Of a stretch of DNA of 64,000 bases, positions 25,183-37,777 are shown piece after piece. The notes below the pieces were generated by a model. It saw nothing but the letters and a program-made list of their open reading frames with translations. It searched no databases and was not told the origin of the DNA. Position 1 is the first letter of the stretch. Every line of letters starts with the position of its first letter. Both the position numbers and the translations under genes were made by a program. This DNA is from Hormiphora californensis (lineage: Eukaryota > Animalia > Ctenophora), in contig CM035361.1 in NCBI GenBank assembly GCA_020137815.1, forward strand, positions 3,782,001-3,846,000. Reading direction: 5' to 3'.

Positions 25183-28100
25183 CCCCAATCAAATATTGGT
25201 CCTATCTATAGTATTAAACTGGCAGCATCCTGACTTGAAATCAGCATAATATTCAGCATTCTCATCTATTTTTCAGCACTTTTCCTGTTAGTCATAAGGA
25301 TCTGCAGTCACCACACTTGCTGAAAATCTCGCTGAAAATCTTGCTGAAAATCATTCATCCTGCTGAAAAAGACATGTGCTGGTAATACATTGGAGGGCGC
25401 GGGTTGACTTTGCGCGTGCTAACCGTAAATCTCGCGCGACCAGTTCAACCAATCTGCTGAAAAATCTGCTGAAAATTGACCAGTTCAACCAATCTGCTGA
25501 AAAACGTGCTGAAAATTGATTCAGCCACAAATGTACCAAATAAACAGTTGTGCAGTCTCTCACACATTCTCCTCTCATTCTTCAGGAAGCCTGTAAAGCC
25601 TGTGATGCTGTGTGCTGCTGCTATAGCCGTTTATGTGTTGATTTCTACTACCGATGATAGAGAATAAACGATTGTGTAGCATTTACGTGAACAGTACTGT
25701 GTACCGTTATATTTAATTGTATTTCTAGCACGTATAATTGATGTTTGATGTGCATCATGTGTATTTCACTAAGAACTATGTGACAGAATGAAAAATGAAC
25801 TGTGAAAAGCTGTGTATTGGTGTTATGTTCAGCAAAAGTTTCATTTGATTTACTTAATCATCCTTGTTTACTCATCTTGTATGAAACCTGGAACCGGGAA
25901 AGGCATGAAGGAGGTACAAATCACAATACTTGTGCTGTGTGTACTGTGTGTATGTACAATGTACTAGCATATGCTGGTTGCTGGATGCTGGTCGAGAATT
26001 TCGCGCGGCGCGCTGCGAAGGTGACTGCTTACGAGTTGGCTTTTTATTGACAAGACTCCTGCGCGCTCGGCTAAACCCACGCACCATGCACCCATGCTAT
26101 ACACGCGTTATTCGTGTACTAAGTACAATGTACATTTTTAAACCTTTTACAAATACAGACGAAATCTTCACCAGGCCGGGTAACGAAGTTAATAAATGAA
26201 TAGAATAAATTAAAATGAAACGAAATACACACAAATACAGTCTATTCTCGGAAGAAAGATGGGGCCTTGCCCCTTTGAGACTGGTCCAGGCTTTTGATGG
26301 TGGAGCTTGTTGTGATCAGCCTGTTTGCTTCGGGGAGGTTGAGATAACCCTCGGTTGGTACATATGTACCTCTACCGCCATCGCGTTCTGGGTTCGCCAG
26401 GCGTCGGGTTACCGTAGAGAGCAGGACGTCAGCATCTCCTCCCATCATCTTGGGCCCATTTCTGGCGATCCACATCTCGTTGTCAAGGTTGGTACTTTCC
26501 TGCTCCATTCCAACGGACAAGAAACGGGAGTTATGATAACGCTCGAGTACGGAGCCAATCGTCTCACAGATGGCCTCAGAGGAAGAGGTAGACACCAAAA
26601 TGTGGACCAGCTCCCTGATCCCCCTGGTCAAAGACACCTTCTCCCTTATCACCTCCTCCGCGGCGCACACAGAAGGGAAAGATGCCAACTGGAGGACCAA
26701 CAGTAGATCTGTGAAGGCCACCAAGGTAACCTCCTCGGGTCGAGATGTCAGTTTCGCCAGACTGGTGAGGGCGTCCTCTATCTCCTCTCTCTCTGGAACT
26801 CGCCTCCCTGGATGGACCTTACAGGCGTACTCGAGGGCCCTGGTGACTACCGCAGCACTCTTGACGAGCTTGATGTGGGGAGTCTTCTTCAGATAATCGT
26901 GCTCAAACTTTGAGAAGGACTCCCCGATCTTCACCATCTCGCCAAGAACCTTGCTGTACTCCGCTAGCTGGCTTTCCCTGGAGTCACGGGCTCCAGACCG
27001 GTTGGCTGGGTAGTCACCCTGAAAGTCCTCGGCTGGATCTTTCATCATCTCGTGGAGGGTTTTGAAAGGGGTCGACCGACCCGGAGTGCACATCTTCATG
27101 GCCTTGAGATCAGCCACCAGCTTCTCCAGCTGATACACGCTTTCACATATCAGGCTGTCCTTCTGAACGGCCAAACTAGCCGGCCTCAGGAACTGGACTA
27201 CACAGGACACAAAACAAAGATCTCTCCTGAACGAGTCCTTTGATATAGCACGTATCAGTCCAGGGGCCTTCTTGTTCGGCTGCTTCCGGGTCAGGAGGGC
27301 ACGGGCATCAGAGCGCTCAGATGAGAGTCCCAGGAGGTCGTTCAGGTCAAATTCCTCCTCCTCCTCTTCTTCTGACTCCGTCATACCATCATACCTCTCC
27401 TTCTTGTAGACGCGCCCTTCCGCTAGCCGCTGGAGGATCCCTTCACCATCTGCAGGGATTGGAGGGGTTAATTAAATTAAAACAAATGGTTGATATCTGA
27501 ATTTTTATGATATTAATAAACTACATTGCACAGTGCAATGTACAATGTACATTGTACATTGAATGTACATTGTACATTGCACATACTTGATACTACATAC
27601 CATCTCGGATCAGATATGGGAGGATTTTGATAAAATCTGCTGTGAGCAAGCAGTCCCAGGCCACGAATTTTATCTCCTTGTGCACTTTTGGTGTTGGAAG
27701 CTGGACGCCGTGCTCCTTTGCCACTTGCAAGTAGACTTCATAAGCAGAAGCCTCTCGTAACAAACTGGACACTAGTCCTACTGTGACAATAACGGAAGCT
27801 ATCCGTTTGAACTTCTTAACAGCGTTCTGCAAAGATTAAATATTTTAGTAATTAGTAACTTATTACCTATTACCTAATACCTATCCTCAAATATCAACCC
27901 TGATTGAGTGTTGGACTTAGAATTCAGATTTCAGATAGAAAAATATTTCCATTTCTCACCTTCCAGATCAGCTCAACAATATGGGCATGGTCCCAAAGTG
28001 TCAACACGGGGTGGTCACGGGGGTTCCTTCCGAATTCCTCAAGGATATGGGAATTGATGAAAACATTTAGAAATGCTCCATCATACACTCCCCCCTTAAA

Positions 28101-31100
28101 GCCCGCCTTCACCATCTCATCAGTCATCCCGATCTTGTGAAGGAGCTTGATGATCGTCTGGGCCAGGCCTTTTCCATCATTGCTGATTGGGACGGGTGCA
28201 CCAATGAAGAATTGATGGGATTTCCCATCAGCCACAAACCGCATAACAACGATCAACCTGTAATTGTAGAGGAACAAGGGTTAGATATTGTAATATGTCT
28301 AGCCGCCTACTTCAAGTTTCAACTGTACTTCATACTTATATCAGTATTCAGTAGTTGCTAGTTAATTTAAACTGACGTTTTCGGTAATTACCTCTTTCTC
28401 TTTTTACTGGTATCTTTATCAGCTGTTAGAGTAAAAGGGGTCGGCCACTCCCCATTCCCGCCCGACATAAATCCAACAAATCGCTGGTGAAGTTCCTTGG
28501 CTATGGCGGCATTCACAACTGTCGGGTAATGGGCGCTATGCCCTTTATCGCCAATTTCGACCCCATACCGCTTCAGCAGGGCAACCTGGTAGATGATAAA
28601 CACACATTTAGGGGAAGTAATTAAGCATACTATATCAACCCTCCTCAATCAGTTTTGTTCATATTAGAGGTATTTCTTATTTCTTACCTGTTCCGGGTAA
28701 ACACTGTATGGAATACAGTGAAGGACGTCAAAGTAAATTTGGGTCACAAGTCGGTGGCGAATAGTGTGACCAAGATCCTTCTTCTTCTCCTCCTTCTCTT
28801 CGTCCTCCTCATGCGTGATCCTAAATTTCCTCCAACTGAATCTCAGGTGGTTTCGGAGATCAGCGGTATGGTTGTTCCAGGTAGGCGACCTCGGCATCCT
28901 TGTCAACCTACCGGATCTTTTGTCGAGTTTCTCGCCGGGTGGTCTAGCGAGTTCGGGGAAAGTGTACCCCTTGCACCAGTGATTCGTCACTTTAGCATGC
29001 CTCTCGCAGTGTGTACACGTGACACGGTTTGTTTCTGTGTCAAGCTGGAAATTGGAATACAAAAGTTAGAACTCTTTTGATTCAATTCGTGGAAACAAAG
29101 TTGAAAGTAAATGATTACAATTCTGACTCCACCGTATACTGTATAGACTATAGATTGTCTAACTTACCGATAGAAAGGGCAGCGCTTTAAGTAGTTCAGA
29201 GCGGCTTTCTGCTGCTGATACCGCGGCCAGCATATCGATCAGGTATCCTGGTAGGTCACTATCATTGTGGCCCTGGTACCGTTTTCCACAATCTACCCCA
29301 GTGGCAGGTTCTCGTTCCTCTACAGTAACTGGGGCCCGGGGGGTGATCACCATATCCTTCAGTTGGTGAACAACTTGTCGTATTTGTGCTGAAAATGGGT
29401 TTATCGTTAATAACGATTCGGTAAATCAGTGAGAGAGATTAAATACAAAACATTAGGCCTCAGATTACAGTTTACACGCCTACACACATGAGTTGACAAT
29501 TGACACCCCATACCCAGTCCCACTCTCTCCAACTTACCAAGGTCATCAGTTAAACCAGTGTGCTGGTTATCCTTGATTTGGTCCACAACACTCCGTATAT
29601 ACACTGCAGAGAGGGTCATTAACTTATAAGGGGATATTACTTCATTTATTGCTGACGAGATGGTACTGTTATAGTGCCATCGAAACATTTGTCCAAATGA
29701 GACGACTTACCTAGATCAGCAGTGACGTCATCTGCTATTTCCTCGGCCTCATAGTCTCGATTGCCCACTTCACTCCCACTATTATATGTCCCACTGAGCT
29801 CACTTTCGTCTGCTTCAAGAGTAATGGAATCGTGTTAGTTATAACTTAAAATTCGTAATAACGATATGATAATAGTACTATTAATTATAACTCTTCATGG
29901 TCAATCAATTGATTTGATTGATTGATTGAACTCTCACGATTTATAAGTTTAAAACCTACCCAGTCCATCAATACAACTCTTTGGTCGTTTACGTTGTTGC
30001 TCCTCCTGGGGTTGCTGCTGTTGCTGATGTTGCTGCTGTTGTTGTTGCTGTTGTTGTTGCTGTTGCTGCTGCTGCTGTTGTTGCTGTTGCTGCTGCTGTT
30101 GTTGCTGGTGTTGCTGTTGCGGTTGTTGCGGTTGTTGTTGCTGTTGTTGCTGCTGTTGTTGCTGTTGCTGTTGTTGCTGTTGTTGCTGATCTATAATGTA
30201 CATATCAAGCTGTGCAGCCGGTTTCATTACTGGAACGTAGTTTCGCTCTATTGAATCCACCGTCGCTCGGGCCTCCCCAGGTTTCCTAGATGGAAGTAAA
30301 TTGTTAGTTGCTACACTTGGTAACTTGGTAGTTAATTGCTTTGAATAAAGTTTGTAGGTATTCCATATTATCTGCTGTAATCGTTAACTTACTGCAATGC
30401 TTGCAAATGCATTTTCGTATGTGTGCCCCGGTTGCGCCAGCTGAAGGCCTTTTTCTTTTTTCCATCATTTATACAAATCCGGCATTCATACGGTCCGGCA
30501 GCTTCTCGTGACAAAACTTTCGGCATGGTTGTTGTTGTTGTTATTGGTGTTGTTGTTGAGGTGTTGACGAATGATAACGATTCGAAATTGATTTGTCGGA
30601 ATAATTCTAATCTAATTTCCGCATACTCTAATTGAATTTCCGCACGCTCCACTTCATATGAAGCACGCGCCGCGCGTGCCACACGTGACAGTGCAAAATG
30701 CTAATTTCTTTGAATTGGTCGTCAAAAGTGAAACTTACATCTTTTTGGTAAAAAGGACATTACTGCATTAGAAGCATCCATTTTCAGTACACTGATATCA
30801 ACGAGACAGCACAAAGTCAAACACGTTAAATGATGAAGTTAAAGGAAGTAAGTCCTCTATCCCTGAAAGGAGGATGTTAATTTGATTTTCACTGTCATTT
30901 TCACTGCCATGCTGTAAATAGCTGGTGATCCATTGTTGCTACCCTCGTAACTAACGCTTTGGTTTACTCCGCAAAATATCACATCTCGATTTTCATTCTC
31001 GAATTACGCGCGCGGTACGAATTACGCGCGCGGTACGTAAGGCGTTTATTTCAAACTAAAACCGCCGCGACGCATCATTCTGCCCGCGCGCCACCAATAT

Positions 31101-31886
31101 TAGCGTGGGAAAAAAATCACATCGGATTTTGAATTCGTAAAACTTGATTTGTCGAATCACGCGCGCGCGGCGCGTGCGGCGTCTATTTCAAACTAAAACC
31201 GCCACGACACATAATTTCCCCCGCGCCACGAATCTTAGCGCGGGACATACTATACATTTAAAATAAAATGTACATTGTACATCGTTGATCGTTCCGTTCA
31301 TTTTTCTAGCATCCGACCTTCCAGTAAAAGTTAAATGGCAGATCTTTAAACTTCAAATAAAAATCATCGAATTATGCATATAATACAGCTATGACGTATA
31401 ACACTTGATCAATCCCGTATAAATAATAAAGTCCGTGTCAGTTGCCGGCGTCAGACGTGTTTCAATACTTGACTTAGCTCTCAACATTCAACAGTCAACA
31501 GTCAACAGTTCATGTTTCAACCTGCAATGGTGGACTTATTAAATGGTTAAAATCGCTCAAAAAAGAGCCCATATGGCCAAAATTTTCCGGGGGCTTCGCC
31601 CCCTGGACCCCTACCAGGGGCTTCGCCCCTGGACCCCACTGGGGGCCTCAGGCGGCCCCCAGACCCCCTCCCCGACCGCAAACATGCTCACTCCGGCGCC
31701 GCTTCGCGGCACCTCCGCTCGCGACAACATGCTCACTCCGGCGCCGCTACGCGGCACCTCCGCTCGCCCTGAATTTCATGTGGTGTGTGAAATTCAGCAT
31801 CCTGAGCATTATTGGCATCCAAAATTCAGCATCCTTCCACTTAAATCAATCCAATTGGTTGGGATTTTTTCAATATTTGATTGGGG
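25183..31886 (-). mobile_element. Full-length 6704-bp DNA transposon, divergent hAT-like
   Basis: Perfect 16-bp TIRs CCCCAATCAAATATTG (25183-25198 and 31871-31886). 8-bp TSD TTCTCAGC (25175-82 and 31887-94). Empty site at about 19772-79 (TTCTTAGT). Subterminal TGCTGAAAA/TTCAGCA repeats at both ends. Confidence 0.92.
26242..30526 (-). CDS. 10-exon hAT-like DDE transposase, about 1042 aa, with N-terminal C2H2-like finger and polyQ tract
   Basis: Exons 30526-30393, 30285-29960, 29809-29711, 29603-29538, 29388-29168, 29044-28688, 28585-28392, 28257-27960, 27826-27601 and 27449-26242 all join in phase with GT-AG introns (3129 nt). Motifs FTLTADKDT (first D), GGVYDGA (second D), WDHAH (CxxH position) and SSSEAICETIGS (E) occur in hAT order. 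Confidence 0.82.
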
Positions 31887-32050
31887 TTCTCAGCTTATAT
31901 TAAAGCTTGACGTTTGATTTTCAAATTGTGGTATCAGCTTGTATTGAACAATAACATGAACATGAACGATCTGTATATTTGCTGACAAGTCGTCCTTTAT
32001 GTTTTTAATGTATTTCTAACAAAATACATACGTGTTTTTTATCTTCTTTA

Positions 32051-33736
32051 CACGCGTCATACACATTTTTATTTGGAATTTCTATCTGGGATTTCTATTT
32101 GGAATTTCTATCTGGAAGAACCGCACGTGCAGATGCGCCGCTCCGCGGCTCAAGTTCACGTGCGAGATTAAAGAGAGAGACGCACATGTTTGTTTGTTTG
32201 TTTGTACTTGCTGCGTCTGGCGAGTGACCTGCCCGAAAGTAGCGGCGGCCGCACCGAGCACGCTTATTAGGCGCCCCAGCACGTCCACCACTCCGCCGTA
32301 GCAAGGCCACCCACCAATCAGTTTATGCAGAGCATGTTACTTCAGACGCTCCAGGAAGACCGTGGTCAACCACTGGCGACGCCGAGCGGCAGGGGTATCA
32401 CACTACTCCTGGCCTAAATCAATTCCTAAGGGTGACATTAAGCTGGAGCAGGTAACGTTTTGCCTTTGAGAGTGTCTTGAGTTAAATTTGGTCTGGAACA
32501 AGGTAACGTTTTGCCGTTGAGAGCGTCTTGATTTGAGTTTGGTCTGGAACAAGGTAACGGTATCCCTTGGAGAGATTCTTGTGTTTGGTTTAGTCTGGAT
32601 CACGGTAACGATTTGCCTTTGAGAGTGCCTTGAGTATAGTTTGGTCTGGAACAAGGTAACGTTTTGCCTTTGAGAGTGTCTTGAGTTGAGTTTGTTCTGC
32701 AACAATGTAGTCTTGGACTTGGTCTGGATCAAGGTAACGTTTTCCATTGTGAGTACGGTCTGTTACAGCGCTAGCTAAATATACTAAGAATACGATTTTA
32801 ATCTCGCAATGGCAACGTTCATGTTTTGGATACAACTGTACATAACAACGGACTGACAAACTTACGACCTTGATGGATGTGATGTGTACCGTGACGTATT
32901 GGTGATGAGATGAGAAGTGTGTCCATTTCCAGTAGAGACAGAGATAAACGAAAACGATCAAACACAAATAAGGGGTAGGACAGATTGTAGGGCTAATGGA
33001 ATGTAAGATGTTCTAGAAGACAAGTCGGGTGGGACAGATAAGAACATTTGTTAATTGTTACACGCGATAAGCGACAAGAAAACGAGCAGGTATTGAGTGC
33101 GTCAGAGATCAGATATTAGAGGTACTGTGTTGAAAGATACAGAAAAGGAGCACCATTTGACAGAATGACTGAACTAGGCGACACGGTTGTGAAGTGATAG
33201 ATTTAGGATTAAAGAGAGACTTAGACGGGTGTATGTCAGTGTAACAGAGCATTCAAAATGAAACAAACATGAAACTGCAAATGTATGAACTGTTTGAGAG
33301 ACGCACATTAACGTTGTACGTTTGTCTCTCACTCTCTCTTGAAAACCCGCACGTGCAGATGCGCCGCGCCGCGGCTCAAATTCACGTGCGTGTTAGGGTC
33401 ACCACACACCAAAGTTAAAATTAAAATTAAAATTTTGATTTTAAACCCGCACACACCAGCGGCCGTTAAAATTTCTCTCCCCCATTCTAAAAGTAACAAT
33501 CTCACGCGCGATTTTAACGGCGTGTTAAAATTTTGTCATCCAACGCGACCGTCAAAATCGTGCGTGAGATCGTTACTTTTAGAATGGGGAGAGAAATTTT
33601 AACGGCCGCTGGTGTGTGCGGGTTTAAAATCAAAATTTTAATTTTAATTTTAACTTTGGTGTGTGGTGACCCTTATACAGATTCTGACAGAAAATTCGAG
33701 GACAAAATTCCATATAAAAATGTGTATGACGGACTG
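32051..33736. mobile_element. Non-autonomous Tc1/mariner-like element, TA target
   Basis: Imperfect ~30-bp TIRs CA..CGTCATACACATTTTTATWTGGAATTT, flanked by TA (32049-50 and 33737-38). Absent from the duplicate at about 19929. Contains a 51-bp tandem repeat (32445-32745) and a 44-bp direct repeat (32121 and 33347). Confidence 0.8.
33396..33672. mobile_element. PIF/Harbinger-type palindromic MITE nested in the previous element
   Basis: About 130-bp TIRs starting GGGTCACCACACACCAAAG. TTA target duplication at 33393-95 and 33673-75. Confidence 0.85.
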
Positions 33737-33811
33737 TAATTTTTGGAAAAGGCGGGGACAACAGGTCAATGGTTGGGGCAAAATCGCATTTGCTGCTGAC
33801 GTCCTCTATAA

Positions 33812-34307
33812 CAGGGTGTCCCACTGTCTTTGCGTGACCTGCGATTTTGGGTCATGACCGGGCTCCATTGAATTAATCAATTAACTCACCAAAAAATAGG
33901 TCAAAATGGTTCAAACAAAAACCAGTGTTCTAGAGAATTGTCAGGCGAACATTTTGGTTGCAAGATTGACGTTCCAAGTCTTACCAATCGTCAGATATAT
34001 CGTCTTAAAGTCAAAAATACGTGTTCATGAAATCCGCATCATGAAACTTTGCATTTGTGAATTTTTCAAAACGTGAACCCCGATCTGATTTCATGAACAC
34101 GTATTTTTGACTTTAAAACGATATATCTGACGATTGGTAAGACTTGGAAAGTCAATCTTGCAACCAAAATGTTTGCCTGACAATTCTCTAGAACACTGGT
34201 TTTTGTTAAAAGCATTTTGAGCTATTTTCCGATGAAATATGATCATTTTAATGGAGCCTGGTCATGACCCAAAATCGCAGGTCACGCAAAGACAGTGGGA
34301 CACCCTG
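33812..34307. mobile_element. Tc1/mariner-type palindromic MITE (copy B, part of the duplicated segment)
   Basis: Same sequence and flanks as 20002-20497. Confidence 0.8.
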
Positions 34308-34348
34308 TACTATGTCAACTAATTAGCGTATAGTACTCGACTGAACGG

Positions 34349-36073
34349 GGCAATTTTGCATTTGCAGGCATCGCACTATAGACGCAGTACCCACGTACTA
34401 TAGACGCATTATAAACGCATTATAAACGCATTATAGACGCATTATAGACACACGCAATATAGACGCAATTTCGTAAGCAGCACTATAGACGCAATATAGA
34501 CGCATTATAACAGCAATATAAACGCATTTTTATAGACGCGACGCAGTATAGCCGCATTATAGGCGCACTACCCACCCCAAAATCACCTTATAGACGCACT
34601 ATAGACGCATTATAGACTGACTATAGCAGCACCATAAACGCTACATAGACCCATATAGACGCATGATAGAAGCATTATAGACGCAAATCGCTTTTTATAG
34701 ACGCCGCGTCTATAAAAAACGTGCTTTTTAAAGAAGCACTTTTGACGTACTCCAGGCTACAGTGCGATATTTGAGGCGCAGTTGGGCGTTTTATAAACGC
34801 ATTTTTGTCGCATATAAAAGGAAGCAGTATAGACGCATTATAGACGCATTATAGCCGCATGTGTGTGAAATCGATAAAGACGCAATATAGACGCAAAATA
34901 AAAAGGAGAGGGAGAGAGAGGCGAGGGAGGGAGGGAGAGGGAAGGAGAGGGAGGGACTGAGGGAGGGGTACAGGGATAGAAACAGACGGATAAAGACCTG
35001 AGACAGAAGGACAGAGTAAGATGGAAAGAGAGTAAGATGGAAAGATAGTGATATATAAGGGACGGAGTGAGACATAAAAAGAGTGAGACAGAAAAAGACA
35101 GAGATGGAAACAAACGGACAGAGACAGACGGACGGACAAACACGCGCTTACTATCTCCCTCTCTGTCTCACTCTCTCTCTCTCCACTCTCCCCCCCCCAT
35201 CTTACTCTGTCCTTCTGTCTCAGGTTTTTATCCGTCTGTTTCTGTCCCTGTACCCCTCCCTCAGTCCCTCCCTCTCCTTCCCTCTCCCTCCCTCCTCTCC
35301 CTCCCTCCTCTCCCTCCCTCCTCTCCCTCCCTCCTCTCCCTCCTCTCCCTCCCTCCCTCCCTCCCTCCCTCCCTCCCTCCCTCCCTCTTACTCTGTCCGT
35401 CTGTCTCAGATCTGTGTCCATCTGTCTCTGTCTGATCTGTCTCTGTATCCCTCCATCTTTCCCTCTCCTTCCCTATCCCTCCCTCCCTCCCTCCCTCTAG
35501 TCTCTCTCCCTCTCCTTCTTATTAATTGCGTCTATATTGCGTCTTTATCGATTTCACGCACATGCGTCTATAATGCGTCTATAATGCGTCTATACTGCTT
35601 CCTTTTATATGCGACAAAAATGCGTTTATAGTTCGCCCAACTGCGCCTCAAATATGGCAGCGTGCGTCTGAGTACGTCTATAGTGCTTCTTAAAAAAGCA
35701 CGTTTTTTATAGACGCGGCGTCTATAAAAAGCGATTTGCGTCTATAATGCTTCTATCATGCGTCTATATGGGTCTATGTAGCGTTTATGGTGCTGCTATA
35801 GTCAGTCTATAATGCGTCTATAGTGCGTCTATAAGGTGATTTTGGGGTGGGTAGTGCGCCTATAATGCGGCTATACTGCGTCGCGTCTATAAAAATGCGT
35901 TTATATTGCTGTTATAATGCGTCTATATTGCGTCTATAGTGCTGCTTACGAAATTGCGTCTATATTGCGTGTGTCTATAATGCGTCTATAATGCGTTTAT
36001 AATGTGTTTATAATGCGTCTATAGTACGTGGGTACTGCGTCTATAGTGCGATGCCCGCAAATGCAAAATTGCC
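34349..36073. mobile_element. Non-autonomous Mutator/Foldback-type element
   Basis: 9-bp TSD ACTGAACGG (34340-48 and 36074-82). About 550-bp TIRs starting GGCAATTTTGCATTTGC and built of TATAGACGCA repeats. Empty site at 20530-38. Confidence 0.9.
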
Positions 36074-36977
36074 ACTGAACGGAATATAGTGATTAACACA
36101 GTGTGGCCGCGCGTTTGGTATCTCTGATCTGTACAGCACGCGTCTCGGTAATATACCAATTCTTGGTGTTCGGAAGAAATAGCGCTAATTAGCGGTGTTT
36201 AGTATAGGAGTCTGGTCTGCCGTCTGGTATTTGGGATAAGTATTAAGTATTTATCCAGGGCAGGTTTCATTGCTTCCAGGGTCATCTTATTCTTGACCGT
36301 TGCTGGTACTGAGTTGAACAGCCCTTAATAGCGGAGGAAGTGCAGGCTTTAGGACTGTAACTCACCTGGGCATGTAAATTAGATCTATAGAGGGTCAAAA
36401 ATACATCACCCCGATATACCGGGCACCCCGATATACCGGGCAAAATGGCTTCCCTCGAGGATCCCGGTAAATCGGGGTGCGACTGCAGTAGTCCTAGAAC
36501 TAGAAACTCGATATGATAACAGTCCTGTACCTCTTTTTTTAAGTGTGTCGCACCAGGCGTCCAGGCACCTGATATGTCTTCAGAAACCAGCTAGAAGCTT
36601 TTATATATGTGTGTATGTGTGCAGTACGCCTTATTGTTCTTCTATGAAACTTCTATTTGAACAAAACATTGTTCAACTGCTCTGATCCTATACATGTATA
36701 CAGTGGTACAATTTCCAGAATGGGATAATTCGTTTCACTTCCCATGTGCCATATTCACCATTCTAACATTTTTTTATTGATTTGATAATGGTGCGGAACA
36801 CGTAAACTTTGGTAATCATTGACTAAGCAATCATCTGTCAGGAGATCAGTTGTCAGCTGAAAGTTGTCAGGCAGACCTTGCTAAAAGTGTTGCAGTGACA
36901 TAGACACCTGGTGCGGGGGGTCGCACACAGGGGGGTCGCGCTTGGTGACATTGACACCTGGCGTGACCCCCCGCACA

Positions 36978-37291
36978 CAGGCGTCGGCTCCGTCCCAAAA
37001 AGGGTCGTTTCTTTCAATTAGGGATGTTGCACGCGATCCACTGGACCGATTTGCATCCGGAGCCGACACCCGGCGCGACTCCCCGCACACCCGGGTGTCG
37101 GCTCCGCCCCAAAAAGGGTCGTTTCTTTCAAGGGATGTTGCACGCGATCCACTGGACCGATTTGCATCCGGAGCCGACACCCGGCGCGACTCCCCGCACA
37201 CCCGGGTGTCGGCTCCGCCCCAAAAAGGGTCGTTTCTTTCAAGGGATGTTGCACGCGATCCACTGGACCGATTTGCATCCGGAGCCGACAC
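36978..37291. repeat. 111-bp tandem repeat (about 2.8 copies) inside a GTGACATAGACACC-bounded element; related 74-bp hairpin at 37914-37985
   Basis: Units start at about 36982, 37095 and 37206. GTGACATAGACACC at 36895 versus GGTGTCTATGTCAC at 37317. Confidence 0.75.
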
Positions 37292-37688
37292 CTAGCACAC
37301 GTCATTGGCCTGACAGGGTGTCTATGTCACCAACTGAAAGTGCAGGTCGCTCTGAGCCACAGTGGCTGTGGAGATTATACTTTACTACTACTTTATTACT
37401 ATTACGAAACACTTATAGTGACACAATTATAGTGACACTATATAAAATCGTATTGGCGCCTACTCAGTGATGTATACTGCAGGAAATTTGGTGAGATTGT
37501 GCCTTGCAAAGTGTGTTTTAGAAGCTTAATAAGCGTCATACTAGTATATTGGGATTATGAAATCACCAAATTGATTGTTGAGTAAATATACAGGGGTAAT
37601 AGTACTTTTATTATTTATCTTATATTTTGTTACATGGTGACAATGATCATATGACTGCAGAGTTGCACTGAAATGACGTATTTGATGT

Positions 37689-37777
<89 letters not shown>

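Noticed and set aside
36881-37470. ORFs with 37-aa repeats
   Set aside because: A 111-bp tandem repeat that is open on both strands, located inside a small repeat element.
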